DNA of 64,000 nt from Escherichia coli (GTDB lineage Bacteria > Pseudomonadota > Gammaproteobacteria > Enterobacterales > Enterobacteriaceae). The stretch lies in NCBI RefSeq assembly GCF_003334815.1, contig NZ_QOWO01000008.1; one strand, written 5' to 3'. The position numbers and the translations under genes are program-made. The notes beneath the pieces are model-generated. The model made no database searches. It worked only from the letters and a program-made list of their open reading frames with translations, and was not told where the DNA came from. This document shows positions 47,101-59,567 of the stretch, piece after piece (the stretch's first letter is position 1; every line of letters begins with the position of its first letter).

Positions 47101-47295
47101 ACGCTTTTCCTTGTGGATCTCAACTCGCCAGCACCTATCTTACATGCCGGTCCGTATCAGAGATACTTTTTGAGTGGCTTTGCTGGTGATTAAAAATTAA
47201 GGAGGGTGTAACGACAAGTTGCAGGCACAAAAAAACCACCCGAAGGTGGTTTCACGACACTGCTTATTGCTTTGATTTTATTCTTATCTTTCCCA

Positions 47296-47382
47296 TGGTA
47301 CCCGGAGCGGGACTTGAACCCGCACAGCGCGAACGCCGAGGGATTTTAAATCCCTTGTGTCTACCGATTCCACCATCCGGGC
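47296..47382 (-). tRNA. leuZ: tRNA-Leu (anticodon UAA)
   Basis: 87 nt; reverse complement GCCCGGATGGTGGAATCGGTAGACACAAGGGATTTAAAATCCC...GGGTACCA. Confidence 0.93.
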
Positions 47383-47394
47383 TCGGGAAGAAAG

Positions 47395-47468
47395 TGGAGG
47401 CGCGTTCCGGAGTCGAACCGGACTAGACGGATTTGCAATCCGCTACATAACCGCTTTGTTAACGCGCC
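47395..47468 (-). tRNA. cysT: tRNA-Cys (anticodon GCA)
   Basis: 74 nt; reverse complement GGCGCGTTAACAAAGCGGTTATGTAGCGGATTGCAAATCCG...CCTCCA. Confidence 0.93.
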
Positions 47469-47522
47469 AAATTCTTCAGGCCTTTCAGCCAGACATCCGC
47501 TTGACGCCGATGTCTTTTAAAC

Positions 47523-47598
<76 letters not shown>

Positions 47599-47749
47599 AT
47601 TCATCAAGCAATCAGTTAATCACTTGATTTTATTATCGTCTGGCAATCAGTGCCGCCGTTCGATGCGTTGCATTCTACTTACCTGGCGCGATGAGTCAAC
47701 GATATTTTTCACCACTTTTGATCGTTTGCTGAAAATTACGCCGAAACGA

Positions 47750-48298
47750 TCACTGATCAAGCAAATCTGCACGCGCAGCGCTCAAATATTGCAACATTGA
47801 CCACAGAGTCAGTACCGCAGCCACAAAGAAAAGTGCAATACCGGCGTACTCAACCCAAATGTTCGGACGCCACAGCAGCCATGCCAACGCCACCATCTGG
47901 GCAGTGGTTTTCACTTTCCCAATCCAGGAGACGGCCACGCTACTGCGTTTACCCAACTCCGCCATCCATTCGCGTAGCGCAGAAATAATAATTTCACGGG
48001 CGATCATCGTTGCCGCCGGTAATGTCACCCACCAGCTGTGATAATGCTCGGTTACCAGCACCATGGCGATAGCCACGAGAACTTTATCTGCCACAGGGTC
48101 AAGGAAAGCACCAAACCGGGTACTCTGGTTCCAGCGGCGTGCCAGAAAACCATCGAACCAGTCAGTCACCGCCGCGACGCAGAAAATGAGCGCGGCGGCA
48201 AACGGCGACCAGGTGACAGGCAGATAAAAGACCAATACAAAGAATGGGATAAGGATGACACGGAACAGTGTAAGCAACGTAGGGATATTAAATTGCAT
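47750..48298 (-). CDS. pgsA: CDP-diacylglycerol--glycerol-3-phosphate 3-phosphatidyltransferase PgsA
   Basis: 182 aa, CDP-alcohol phosphatidyltransferase motif. Confidence 0.95.
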
Positions 48299-48354
48299 AA
48301 TGACGGGTAACTATCTGTTGTCAGTAAGATTACCCCTATGTTGCTACAGAGACA

Positions 48355-50187
48355 TCAATGTTTCAACGACCAGAAGATCTTTTCTGCCAGACCTTGCGAA
48401 ATACCCGGCACTTTTGCAATTTCCTCGACGCTGGCGTTACGTAAACCTTGCAAACCGCCCATATATTTCAACAACATTTGCCGACGTTTTGGCCCGACGC
48501 CTTCAATGGTTTCCAGGGAACTGGTATTTTTGACCTTCGCCCGTTTTTTACGGTGCCCGCCAATCGCGTGATCATGTGATTCATCGCGAATATGCTGGAT
48601 AACATGCAGCGCGGGTGAATCTGGCGGCAAACTAAATCCCTCACCTTCCGGCTCAAAGAACAGCGTTTCCAGTCCAGCCTTACGATCTGCTCCTTTGGCA
48701 ACGCCAAGTAGCAGCGGATGATTTTTATCCCATGAGACATCCAGTTCGGCGAAGACATTTTTCGCCTGCGCAAGCTGGCCTTTGCCGCCGTCGATAAGGA
48801 TCACATCCGGGATCTTACTGTCGTCAATGGCTTTACCATAACGCCGACGCAGCACCTGATTCATCGCCGCATAATCATCGCCCGGCGTGATGCCTGTAAT
48901 GTTATAGCGCCGATACTCCGCACGCAGCGGGCCGTTAGCATCAAACACCACACAGGAAGCGACGGTTTGTTCGCCCATGGTATGGCTGATGTCAAAGCAC
49001 TCCATCCGCTTCACTTCCGGCAATTTCAACACGCTGGCAAGCGCGGTCAGTCGCTGGTGAACGGTAGATTGCTGCGAAAGTTTGCTGGTTAAGGCCGTCG
49101 CCGCATTGGTGCGCGCGAGTTTCAGATAACGCGCCCTATCGCCGCGAGGTTTGGTTTGAACATTAATCTTGCGTCCCGCCAGTTCTGAAAGGGAATCGGC
49201 GAGCAGCGTTTTATCGCTAAGATTAAAATCGAGCAGGATCTCACCCGGTAAGGTGCGCATCTGGCTGCCTTGTAAATAGAACTGGCCTACGAAGGTTTCT
49301 ACCACCTCGCTCAGTTCCGTACCGCCAGGCACTTTCGGGAAATAGCTGCGGCTGCCGAGCACTTTGCCCTGACGAATGAACAATACGTGGACACAAGCCA
49401 TGCCCGCATCGAACGCCACACCAATAACGTCGAGGTCGTCGCCGGTATTGGAAACGAATTGTTTTTCGGTGACGCGTCGCACCGCCTGAATTTGGTCGCG
49501 AATACGTGCAGCTTCTTCAAACTCCAGATTCTGGCTGGCAGTTTCCATACGACTAATGAGTTGCGTAAGCACCTGATCATCTTTGCCAGACAAAAACAGG
49601 CGCACATACTCGACCTGCTGAGCGTATTCTTCTTCACTCACCAGTCCTTCAACGCACGGTCCCAGACAGCGCCCTATCTGGTATTGCAGACACGGACGCG
49701 AGCGATTGCGATAAACACTATTTTCGCACTGGCGAATGGGGAAAATCTTTTGCAGTAGCGCCAGTGTTTCACGTACGGCATAGCCATTCGGGAACGGGCC
49801 GAAATATTCACCTTTGGCATGCTTCGCACCACGATGCATCGCCAGACGCGGGTGGGTATCACCACTCAGGAAGATAAAAGGATATGATTTATCATCGCGT
49901 AGCAAAACGTTGTAACGCGGCTGATAGAGTTTGATGTAGTTGTGTTCCAGCAACAGCGCTTCGGTTTCTGTGTGAGTAACCGTTACATCAATTTGCTGGA
50001 TCTGGGCGACCAGCGCTTCGGTTTTGCGCGAAGCGAGGTTGCTACGGAAATAGCTGGAAAGCCGTTTTTTCAGGTCTTTCGCTTTGCCGACATAGATAAC
50101 CGTACCACCAGCATCGTACATGCGATAAACGCCTGGCTGGCTGGTTACGGTTTTTAAAAACGCTTTTGCGTCAAACTGATCACTCAC
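48355..50187 (-). CDS. uvrC: Excinuclease ABC subunit C
   Basis: 610 aa, GIY-YIG N-terminus ([24 protein letters not shown]). Confidence 0.97.
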
Positions 50188-50840
50188 TGACTTGATAATG
50201 TCTCCGCATTACACAGACCATGGCGAATTGCCAGGTGAGTCAGCTCAACATCGCCATGAATGTTTAGTTTACTGAACATACGATAGCGGTAGCTGTTCAC
50301 CGTTTTCGGACTGAGATTGAGCTGTTCTGAGATCTCATTGACCTTCTGGCCCTTGGTGATCATCAGCATAATCTGCAATTCACGTTCAGACAAACTGGCA
50401 AATGGGCTTTCTGTTTTTTCTGGTTCGATCTGGCTTAACGCCATTTGTTGAGCGATGTCAGAAGCAATGTAACGCTGCCCTGAATAGACAGAACGAATCG
50501 CACTCACGACTTCCTGCGGAGCCGCGCCTTTGCTGAGGTAGCCCGCAGCACCGGCCTGCATGACTTTCGCTGGTAAAGGGTTTTCTGTATGGACGGTAAG
50601 CATGATGATTTTGACATCAGCTGTGGAACGCGCGATTTTACGCGTCGCCTCAAGACCGCCAATGCCCGGCATACTCATGTCCATTAGCACCACGTCAACG
50701 GCATTTGTCCGGCACCACTTAACGGCGTCTTCACCGCACGATGCCTCACCGACGACTTTTATACCCTTTATATCTTCCAGAATGCGTCGTATCCCTGCGC
50801 GCACCAGTTCGTGGTCATCAACAAGTAGAACGTTGATCAA
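50184..50840 (-). CDS. uvrY: Response regulator UvrY (BarA partner, LuxR-type HTH)
   Basis: 218 aa; stop overlaps uvrC start. Confidence 0.97.
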
Positions 50841-51298
50841 AGGAATATCTCCAGAAATAGGGATAACGCTACTGATAGTTAGTCATTCGTATATTAGCGG
50901 TTTTTATTGCAACTTTGAAACGTTAAAAATGGTGGGTATTCGATTTTTCTCTCGTTTTTGTCAATTCGATTGTCCACAGTTATGGTCACGCCCGTCACCA
51001 ACGGCTTACCGGATCGTTTCACAGTAAGCCCTGCGACGAAATGTGACAAAAATTACCTTTATTCAGCAAAAATGAAAATCAGCCCGCTGAATATGTAACA
51101 TTAATTAACCCGAACAATACGGGCAAAAAACATTCATGATAAAAATATTTATTGGTCATTATATTAACGCATTTAATAGCACCGTTGACGATACGCTCAA
51201 AAAACAACCACTGCTATTTTTAGCAAAGCTTATGGTATACTCCGCCGCCTTAACATTTTTCACCGCAAATTTTCATTGCAACATGACGAGGAAAATAA

Positions 51299-51523
51299 AT
51301 GAGTACGCCTGATTTTTCTACTGCCGAGAATAATCAAGAACTGGCAAATGAAGTCTCCTGCCTGAAAGCGATGCTGACGCTGATGCTGCAGGCGATGGGA
51401 CAAGCTGACGCGGGCCGCGTGATGTTAAAGATGGAAAAACAGCTTGCGCTGATCGAAGACGAAACCCAGGCTGCAGTATTTTCCAAAACGGTTAAGCAAA
51501 TTAAACAAGCCTACCGTCAGTAA
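51299..51523 (+). CDS. yecF: DUF2594 family protein YecF
   Basis: 74 aa ORF followed by a strong terminator. Confidence 0.85.
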
Positions 51524-51528
51524 TATAA

Positions 51529-51563
51529 AACCGGCTGATAGCGTGCCTTTCAGCCGGTTTTTG
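51529..51563 (+). terminator. Rho-independent terminator after yecF
   Basis: aaccggctgatagcgtgcctttcagccggttttt. Confidence 0.8.
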
Positions 51564-51590
51564 CATCTGGCACGCAGGACAGAAAAGAGA

Positions 51591-52313
51591 TCAAATTAAG
51601 CCAGTAGCGGCCGCGTAACAGGCAACCTGGGTCTTATTCGGTGCATTGATTTTTTTCTGCATGTTTTTCTGATGGAAATTGACCGTATTCTCAGAGATTG
51701 ACAAAATCATCGCTATCTCTGCTGATGTCTTCCCTTCCGCCGTCCATTTCAAAATTTCTTTTTCGCGCTTGCTGAAATTCATCTCTGGCGTCATCACTAT
51801 TTCATCATTTAAACGCATCAGAGCCATCAGACTTTCGCGCACCAGTAACTGCATTTTTAATTGCAGTTCATCACTAAGAATGGGTATTTCGCGCGCGCTG
51901 CTACGGGAAAAGGACAAAAAGCCCAGCGCCCGGTTTGGCAGCATTAAATACTGAGTGACACCGCGGCGTAAACCATGTGCGCGCGCGGCTTCCCATAACG
52001 GCTGTGCTTCGCTGAATAAGTCATCATTCCACATTAAATGGCCCTGACTAAAGTTTTCAGGGTTCAGCACCGGATCAATTGCGAGAAAGTTTTTTGCCTG
52101 ATAATAACTAACCCACGCCTCAGGGTAATTGGTGTAGAAAGCCACTTTAGGTCGCGTGAATGGTACCGGGTGGCGAACACATAACGAATAGTAATCGTAC
52201 TCTAGCTGCTGAGCCTGAAGCTCTATTTCATGGTAGACCTCTTCTGCGGCCTCCATCCTCTGAAAACGCAACAGCATCGTGCGACGCCAGCTGAAAAAAT
52301 CCGTATCCTGCAT
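51591..52313 (-). CDS. sdiA: LuxR-family quorum-sensing regulator SdiA
   Basis: 240 aa from MQD.DFFSWRRTMLLRFQ, C-terminal HTH. Confidence 0.93.
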   Translation of the reverse strand: MQDTDFFSWRRTMLLRFQRMEAAEEVYHEIELQAQQLEYDYYSLCVRHPVPFTRPKVAFYTNYPEAWVSYYQAKNFLAIDPVLNPENFSQGHLMWNDDLFSEAQPLWEAARAHGLRRGVTQYLMLPNRALGFLSFSRSSAREIPILSDELQLKMQLLVRESLMALMRLNDEIVMTPEMNFSKREKEILKWTAEGKTSAEIAMILSISENTVNFHQKNMQKKINAPNKTQVACYAAATGLI

Positions 52314-52542
52314 AGTAAACCGCAACGCCCCTGAGAGTGAGTATCATTTATAATGATAATTCAAACTATCACATAAATAAGATTTATATATAATTTATAT
52401 TATTCAGGCAATGAATTACTTTTGCAAGCCATCGCATTCTCTTATGTTATTAATGAGTTATGCTGATTTGTTAAGCTGTTTTATCACGCTTGAAATGGCG
52501 TCCCGCCCCGACAGGTGAATCGTCGGGGCTGATTTTTTCTTA

Positions 52543-53295
52543 TTATTGCAGCAGAAACTTCTCGAGGAACTGGCGGGTGCGAGGCTGCTGGGGATCGGCA
52601 AATAACGCTTTTGCTGCCCCCTGCTCGACTATCCGCCCCTGGTCCATAAAAATCGCCCGGTCCGCAACATCCCGGGCAAAGCTCATTTCGTGCGTCACAA
52701 TCACCATCGTGCGCTTTTCCTGCGCCAGCTGACGGATGGTGTTCAGGACTTCGCCCACCAGCTCTGGATCCAGCGCCGACGTTGGCTCGTCAAACAAAAT
52801 CACCTCAGGACGCATTGCCAGCGCACGTGCAATCGCAACACGTTGCTGTTGACCGCCAGACAAACGACGTGGATAGCTGGTTTCTTTACCGGCCAGCCCA
52901 ACTTTCGCCAACAGCTCGCGAGCGCGCGCCGTGGCCTCTTCTTTCGGTTCGCCTTTGACGATCACCGGCCCTTCAATAATGTTTTCCAGCACCGTACGAT
53001 GCGGAAACAAATTAAAGTTCTGGAAGACAAACCCGACGTGCTGACGCAACTGGCGAATCAGCGATTTTTGCTGACTTAATGAACGTGCAGTATCAATAGT
53101 GATATCGCCAACGGTGATAGTTCCCGCTTCCGGTTGTTCCAGCAGATTTATGCTGCGTAGCAACGTGGTTTTGCCGGAACCACTCGGACCGATAATTGCC
53201 ACCACTTCGCCAGGCTTTACCTCAAGGTCGATACCGTGCAGCACCGTCTGACCGTGAAATTTTTTCACCAGGTTCTTAACTTCAATGGCACTCAT
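52543..53295 (-). CDS. tcyN: L-cystine ABC transporter ATP-binding protein TcyN
   Basis: 250 aa ABC ATPase (GPSGSGKTT, LSGGQQQR). Confidence 0.95.
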   Translation of the reverse strand: MSAIEVKNLVKKFHGQTVLHGIDLEVKPGEVVAIIGPSGSGKTTLLRSINLLEQPEAGTITVGDITIDTARSLSQQKSLIRQLRQHVGFVFQNFNLFPHRTVLENIIEGPVIVKGEPKEEATARARELLAKVGLAGKETSYPRRLSGGQQQRVAIARALAMRPEVILFDEPTSALDPELVGEVLNTIRQLAQEKRTMVIVTHEMSFARDVADRAIFMDQGRIVEQGAAKALFADPQQPRTRQFLEKFLLQ

Positions 53296-53960
53296 TTTGG
53301 TTCTCTCTCCTGGCGATTAAGTTGATTCTCAAAATGGTTCTGCAACGTCGATAATACTGTCGCCATGATCCAGTAGATGAGCGAAGCCGCCAGGTACATG
53401 GTGAACACCTCCAGCGTGCGCGAGGTAATCAACTGCGCCTGACGGAACAGCTCCGGCACCTGAATTGTCGCGGCCAGCGACGTATCTTTTACCAGGCTGA
53501 TAAAGCTGTTCGACAGCGGCGGCAACGCCACCCGCGCCGCCTGTGGCAAAATCGCGCGACGCATAGTCTGCCATGGCGTCATACCAATACTGGCAGCTGC
53601 TTCCCACTGACCTTTATCAATAGAAGAAATGGCGGCGCGCAGCGTTTCGGCAGCATAGGCGGCAGTGTTGAGCGACAGACCAATCATTGCTGACGGAATG
53701 GGATCTAATTCGATACCAAACTGCGGCAGGCCGTAATAGATCATAAACAGTTGTGCGATGAGCGGTGTACCACGAAAAATAGAGATATAAAAACGCGCCA
53801 GCCAGCGCACGGGCCAGATTGGCGACAGGCGCATCAGCGCGAGAATAAACCCGAGCAGTAAGCCAAAAAACATGCCGCCGATACTGAGTTGCAGCGTATA
53901 CCCAGCCCCTTTCAGCAGGAACGGCAAGGAATCAATAACCAGTTGTATACTTTCTTGCAT
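53292..53960 (-). CDS. tcyL: L-cystine ABC transporter permease TcyL
   Basis: 222 aa permease, overlaps tcyN start. Confidence 0.95.
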   Translation of the reverse strand: MQESIQLVIDSLPFLLKGAGYTLQLSIGGMFFGLLLGFILALMRLSPIWPVRWLARFYISIFRGTPLIAQLFMIYYGLPQFGIELDPIPSAMIGLSLNTAAYAAETLRAAISSIDKGQWEAAASIGMTPWQTMRRAILPQAARVALPPLSNSFISLVKDTSLAATIQVPELFRQAQLITSRTLEVFTMYLAASLIYWIMATVLSTLQNHFENQLNRQEREPK

Positions 53961-53974
53961 GAGCGTTCCCGGAG

Positions 53975-55866
<1,892 letters not shown>

Positions 55867-55953
55867 ATTCACCCCGAATGTTGTTATGTCTGTTTGCAGT
55901 GTAGAGCCATTGTTTGTAAACACAAAAACAACTCCGCTACATCTTATTCTTAT

Positions 55954-56505
55954 TTAATATATATCAGAAGAAGGCAGGCTGGAGGATTTCTGCACAAGTC
56001 CGGTACAGGTTTGGCGCTGATAGTGTTGATACTTCCGTAACGCGATGCGGTAATTGTTGGTGCTGGTGGTGGGCAGCCACGGGGCGAGGATTTCATCAAG
56101 GAAACCGTCCTGCAGCTGTTCGAGGGAAATATTTTGCTCGTGTAGATGATTCCCCAAACGGCGCAAACGAACGACATATTCACGCACCGTACCTGGGCTC
56201 ATTTCAGTTTGCTCAAAAAGAAATTGCTTAAAGCCGATAATATCGAAAAAATCACTCTGCGTTTTGCAGTGTAAATCACCGCAAAATCGGCACAATGCCG
56301 CCCATGATTGTTGTTCCACTTGCCAGCCATTTTCATCAAGCAGCGTGTCCAGGCGGGAAATCTCGATTTTATTCACTATTTTGCCGTCGCGAACTAAGGT
56401 AATGCGATCGAGTAATTTACGGCAATGCGCACAATGGGTCTGGCTGTGTTTAAAGTCTTTAAGATAGCGGCTTAATGGCCGTCTTTTCAGGTGCTGCACC
56501 ATCAT
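55954..56505 (-). CDS. fliZ: Regulator FliZ
   Basis: 183 aa from MMVQHLKRRPLSRYLKDF. Confidence 0.93.
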   Translation of the reverse strand: MMVQHLKRRPLSRYLKDFKHSQTHCAHCRKLLDRITLVRDGKIVNKIEISRLDTLLDENGWQVEQQSWAALCRFCGDLHCKTQSDFFDIIGFKQFLFEQTEMSPGTVREYVVRLRRLGNHLHEQNISLEQLQDGFLDEILAPWLPTTSTNNYRIALRKYQHYQRQTCTGLVQKSSSLPSSDIY

Positions 56506-56550
56506 TAAGAACTCCTGGTAGTCAAAGTTAAAGTGCGGCATTTACTGACG

Positions 56551-57270
56551 TTATAACTTACCCAGTTTAGTGCGTAACCGTTTAATGGCCTGGCTGTGTA
56601 ACTGACTGACCCGCGATTCCCCGACCTCCAGCACCGCGCCAATCTCTTTGAGATTCAGCTCTTCCTGGTAATAGAGGGTTAATACCAGTTTTTCGCGCTC
56701 CGGCAGCGTTTCGATAGCTTCCATCACCCGCTGGCGCAGATTACTGTCCAGCAGTTGTTGTAGCGGGTTTTCTCGCTGATGATCATCAGTAACCAGTTCG
56801 ATGCTATCGCCGTGCTCTTCGCGCCACTCATCGTAGGAGAAGAGCTGGCTGTTATTGGTGTCGAGCAACATTTGGCGATAATCGGCAATATCGATCCCTA
56901 AACGTTCCGCTACCTCAGTTTCCGTGGCGTTGCGGCCAAGTTCCTGCTCCAGTTGCCCTATTGCCTGTGCCACTTCACGCGCGTTGCGTCGCACGCTGCG
57001 CGGCACCCAGTCACGGCTGCGAAGTTCATCCAGCATAGCGCCACGGATACGCTGCACTGCGTAAGTTGTAAATGCCGTTCCTTGTAGGGCGTCATAGCGT
57101 TCGACGGCATTAAGTAACCCAATGCCGCCCGCCTGTAGCAGATCGTCAAGTTCCACGCTCGCGGGCAGTCGAACCTGCAGGCGCAATGCTTCGTGACGCA
57201 CCAGCGGGACATAACGCTGCCACAGCGAGTGTTTATCCATTACACCTTCAGCGGTATAGAGTGAATTCAC
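56551..57270 (-). CDS. fliA: Flagellar sigma factor FliA (sigma28)
   Basis: 239 aa sigma70-family regions 2-4. Confidence 0.97.
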   Translation of the reverse strand: MNSLYTAEGVMDKHSLWQRYVPLVRHEALRLQVRLPASVELDDLLQAGGIGLLNAVERYDALQGTAFTTYAVQRIRGAMLDELRSRDWVPRSVRRNAREVAQAIGQLEQELGRNATETEVAERLGIDIADYRQMLLDTNNSQLFSYDEWREEHGDSIELVTDDHQRENPLQQLLDSNLRQRVMEAIETLPEREKLVLTLYYQEELNLKEIGAVLEVGESRVSQLHSQAIKRLRTKLGKL

Positions 57271-57295
57271 GATAAACAGCCCTGCGTTATATGAG

Positions 57296-57322
57296 TTATC
57301 GGCATGATTATCCGTTTCTGCA
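57296..57322 (-). promoter_or_regulatory. fliA promoter region (sigma28-type -10 GCCGATAA; -35 poorly matched)
   Basis: Minus-strand GCCGATAA at 57296-57303, about 25 bp upstream of fliA start. Confidence 0.4.
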
Positions 57323-57391
57323 GGGTTTTTAATCGGACGATTAGTGGGTGAAATGAGGGGTTATTTGGGGGTTACCGGTAAATTGCGGACA

Positions 57392-57415
57392 GAAAAAACC
57401 CCGCCGGTGGCGGGG
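57392..57415 (-). terminator. Rho-independent terminator at the end of the fliC 3' UTR
   Basis: ccccgccaccggcgggg hairpin followed by T6 on minus strand. Confidence 0.7.
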
Positions 57416-57424
57416 AAGCACGTT

Positions 57425-57555
<131 letters not shown>

Positions 57556-57589
57556 TTGCCGTCAGTCTCAGTTAATCAGGTTAGGACGA

Positions 57590-59302
57590 TTAACCCTGCA
57601 GCAGAGACAGAACCTGCTGCGGTACCTGGTTAGCTTTTGCCAGCACGGAGTTACCTGCCTGCTGAATAATCTGCGCTTTCGACATGTTGGACACTTCGGT
57701 CGCATAGTCGGCGTCCTGAATACGGGACTGCGCTTCGGACAGGTTGGTAGTGGTGTTGTTCAGGTTGGTGACTGCGGAATCCAGACGGTTCTGCACGGCA
57801 CCCAGGGAAGAACGGAATTTGTCTACGGATGCGATAGCATCGTCCAGCGCTTTCAGCGGATCCGTGGTCGCTTCAGATTTACCTGTAGCTTCAGTGGTCA
57901 GAGAGCCGTCAGCCGCTTTATACAGAGCCGCGCCGTCATCATCCAGAATATTGCCGTTAGCAAATTCGTGATAAGTTTCTGTGACAGTCTTGTTGGCCGC
58001 AGTCGTCAGTTCACCCTCAGCACCAATATTTACGGTCGCTCCACCTGTAGTAGCAGTTACTGCACCATCAGCGGCAACGTCATAAGACTGTGCGCCGTTA
58101 GCTACGGTATAAGCCTGACCGGTTAACGCAGTGTTCATATCTTCGGCGGATACCGTCGCGCCCTTAATATCCACATTGTTGCTAACCTGGGTGAAGTCAA
58201 CGGTCATGCCGCTGCCGAAGGTAATCTTCGCATCAACTGCATCATGACCATTCGCACCGTTGAAAATACCGTCCAACGTTGCCGCGGCTGGGCCGCCGGC
58301 CTGGTTTTTCGTCAGGTTACCGTCAGCACCAATGTATAAAGCATCGCCATTAGTATCCGTCAGGGTACCATCGCTGGCAATTTTAACTTCCTGAGCGCTA
58401 CCACCGATGGAGATCTGAGCCGTGTTATCGCCGTTTGCTGCATAGGCTTTCAGAACATCAGCAACTTTAGTTGAGCCCGCAGTACCATCACCATTAGTAA
58501 GTGCGGTTGCGTCAAATGAATAAGACTTGCTGGTTGCGTTGTAGGTATATGCAGTAGAAGCCGCTACGCCTAACCCATTGTTTGTGCCAGCATAACCGCT
58601 AATAGTGCTGCCGCCACTAACGCTAGCCAGCACATCGGTAGCTGTTGCTGCATTAAAGGTAGTAACAGTAGATTTAGTCCAGGTGCTATTGCCACTGACA
58701 ACTGCACTTTGGGAGAAGCCCGCAGCGGTCAGATCTGCTTCAGTGGCTTTTGCATTATCAACAGCGCCTTTACCGTTGACGTTGAAGCTGGTCAGCTTCA
58801 GTGTAGAAGAGTCGATTTTTTTCAGGTCAATCGTGATGGTTTCACCATCATTTGCGCCCACCTGAATTTTCATTGAACCGTCTTTGGACAACACATTCAC
58901 GCCATTGAACTGGGTCTGACCAGATACGCGGTCAATTTCATCAAGACGAGATTTGATTTCGTCCTGGATGGAGTCCAGGTCAGAATCGGAGTTAGTACCG
59001 GTAGTGGCCTGAACCGTCAGTTCACGGATACGCTGTAAGTTGTTGTTGATTTCGGACAGCGCGCCTTCGGTGGTCTGCGCAACGGAAATACCGTCGTTGG
59101 CGTTACGTGCAGCCTGAGTCAGGCCTTTAATGTTAGAAGTAAAACGGTTAGCAATCGCCTGACCCGCGGCGTCATCCTTCGCGCTGTTAATACGCAAGCC
59201 AGAAGACAGACGCTCGATAGAACTCGACAGCGCAGACTGGTTCTTGTTGATATTATTTTGAGTGATCAGCGAGAGGCTGTTGGTATTAATGACTTGTGCC
59301 AT
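57590..59302 (-). CDS. fliC: Flagellin FliC (H-antigen), 570 aa allele with a non-K-12 central domain
   Basis: Conserved N-terminus MAQVINTNSLSLITQNNINKNQSALSSSIERLSSGLRINSAKDDAAGQAIANRF and C-terminus ...QVPQQVLSLLQG; central region differs from the 498 aa K-12 H48 flagellin. Confidence 0.95.
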   Translation of the reverse strand: MAQVINTNSLSLITQNNINKNQSALSSSIERLSSGLRINSAKDDAAGQAIANRFTSNIKGLTQAARNANDGISVAQTTEGALSEINNNLQRIRELTVQATTGTNSDSDLDSIQDEIKSRLDEIDRVSGQTQFNGVNVLSKDGSMKIQVGANDGETITIDLKKIDSSTLKLTSFNVNGKGAVDNAKATEADLTAAGFSQSAVVSGNSTWTKSTVTTFNAATATDVLASVSGGSTISGYAGTNNGLGVAASTAYTYNATSKSYSFDATALTNGDGTAGSTKVADVLKAYAANGDNTAQISIGGSAQEVKIASDGTLTDTNGDALYIGADGNLTKNQAGGPAAATLDGIFNGANGHDAVDAKITFGSGMTVDFTQVSNNVDIKGATVSAEDMNTALTGQAYTVANGAQSYDVAADGAVTATTGGATVNIGAEGELTTAANKTVTETYHEFANGNILDDDGAALYKAADGSLTTEATGKSEATTDPLKALDDAIASVDKFRSSLGAVQNRLDSAVTNLNNTTTNLSEAQSRIQDADYATEVSNMSKAQIIQQAGNSVLAKANQVPQQVLSLLQG

Positions 59303-59378
59303 GATTCGTTATCCTATATTGCAAGTCGTTGATTACGTATTGGGTTTCCACCCGTCGGCTCAATCGCCGTCAACCCTG

Positions 59379-59405
59379 TTATCGTCTGTCGTAAAACAAC
59401 CTTTA
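59379..59405 (-). promoter_or_regulatory. sigma28 class 3 promoter of fliC
   Basis: Minus-strand TAAAGGTT-N11-GACGATAA. Confidence 0.7.
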
Positions 59406-59497
59406 GAATTTTTTTCACAAACAGCCATTTTTTGTTAGTCGCCGAAATACTCTTTTCTCTGCCCCTTATTCCCGCTATTAAAAAAAACAATTAAACG

Positions 59498-59524
59498 TAA
59501 ACTTTGCGCAATTCAGGCCGATAA
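59498..59524 (+). promoter_or_regulatory. sigma28 promoter of the fliDST operon
   Basis: TAAACTTT-N11-GCCGATAA on plus strand, about 45 bp upstream of fliD. Confidence 0.75.
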
Positions 59525-59567
59525 CCCCGGTATTCGTTTTACGTGTCGAAAGATAAAAGGAAATCGC

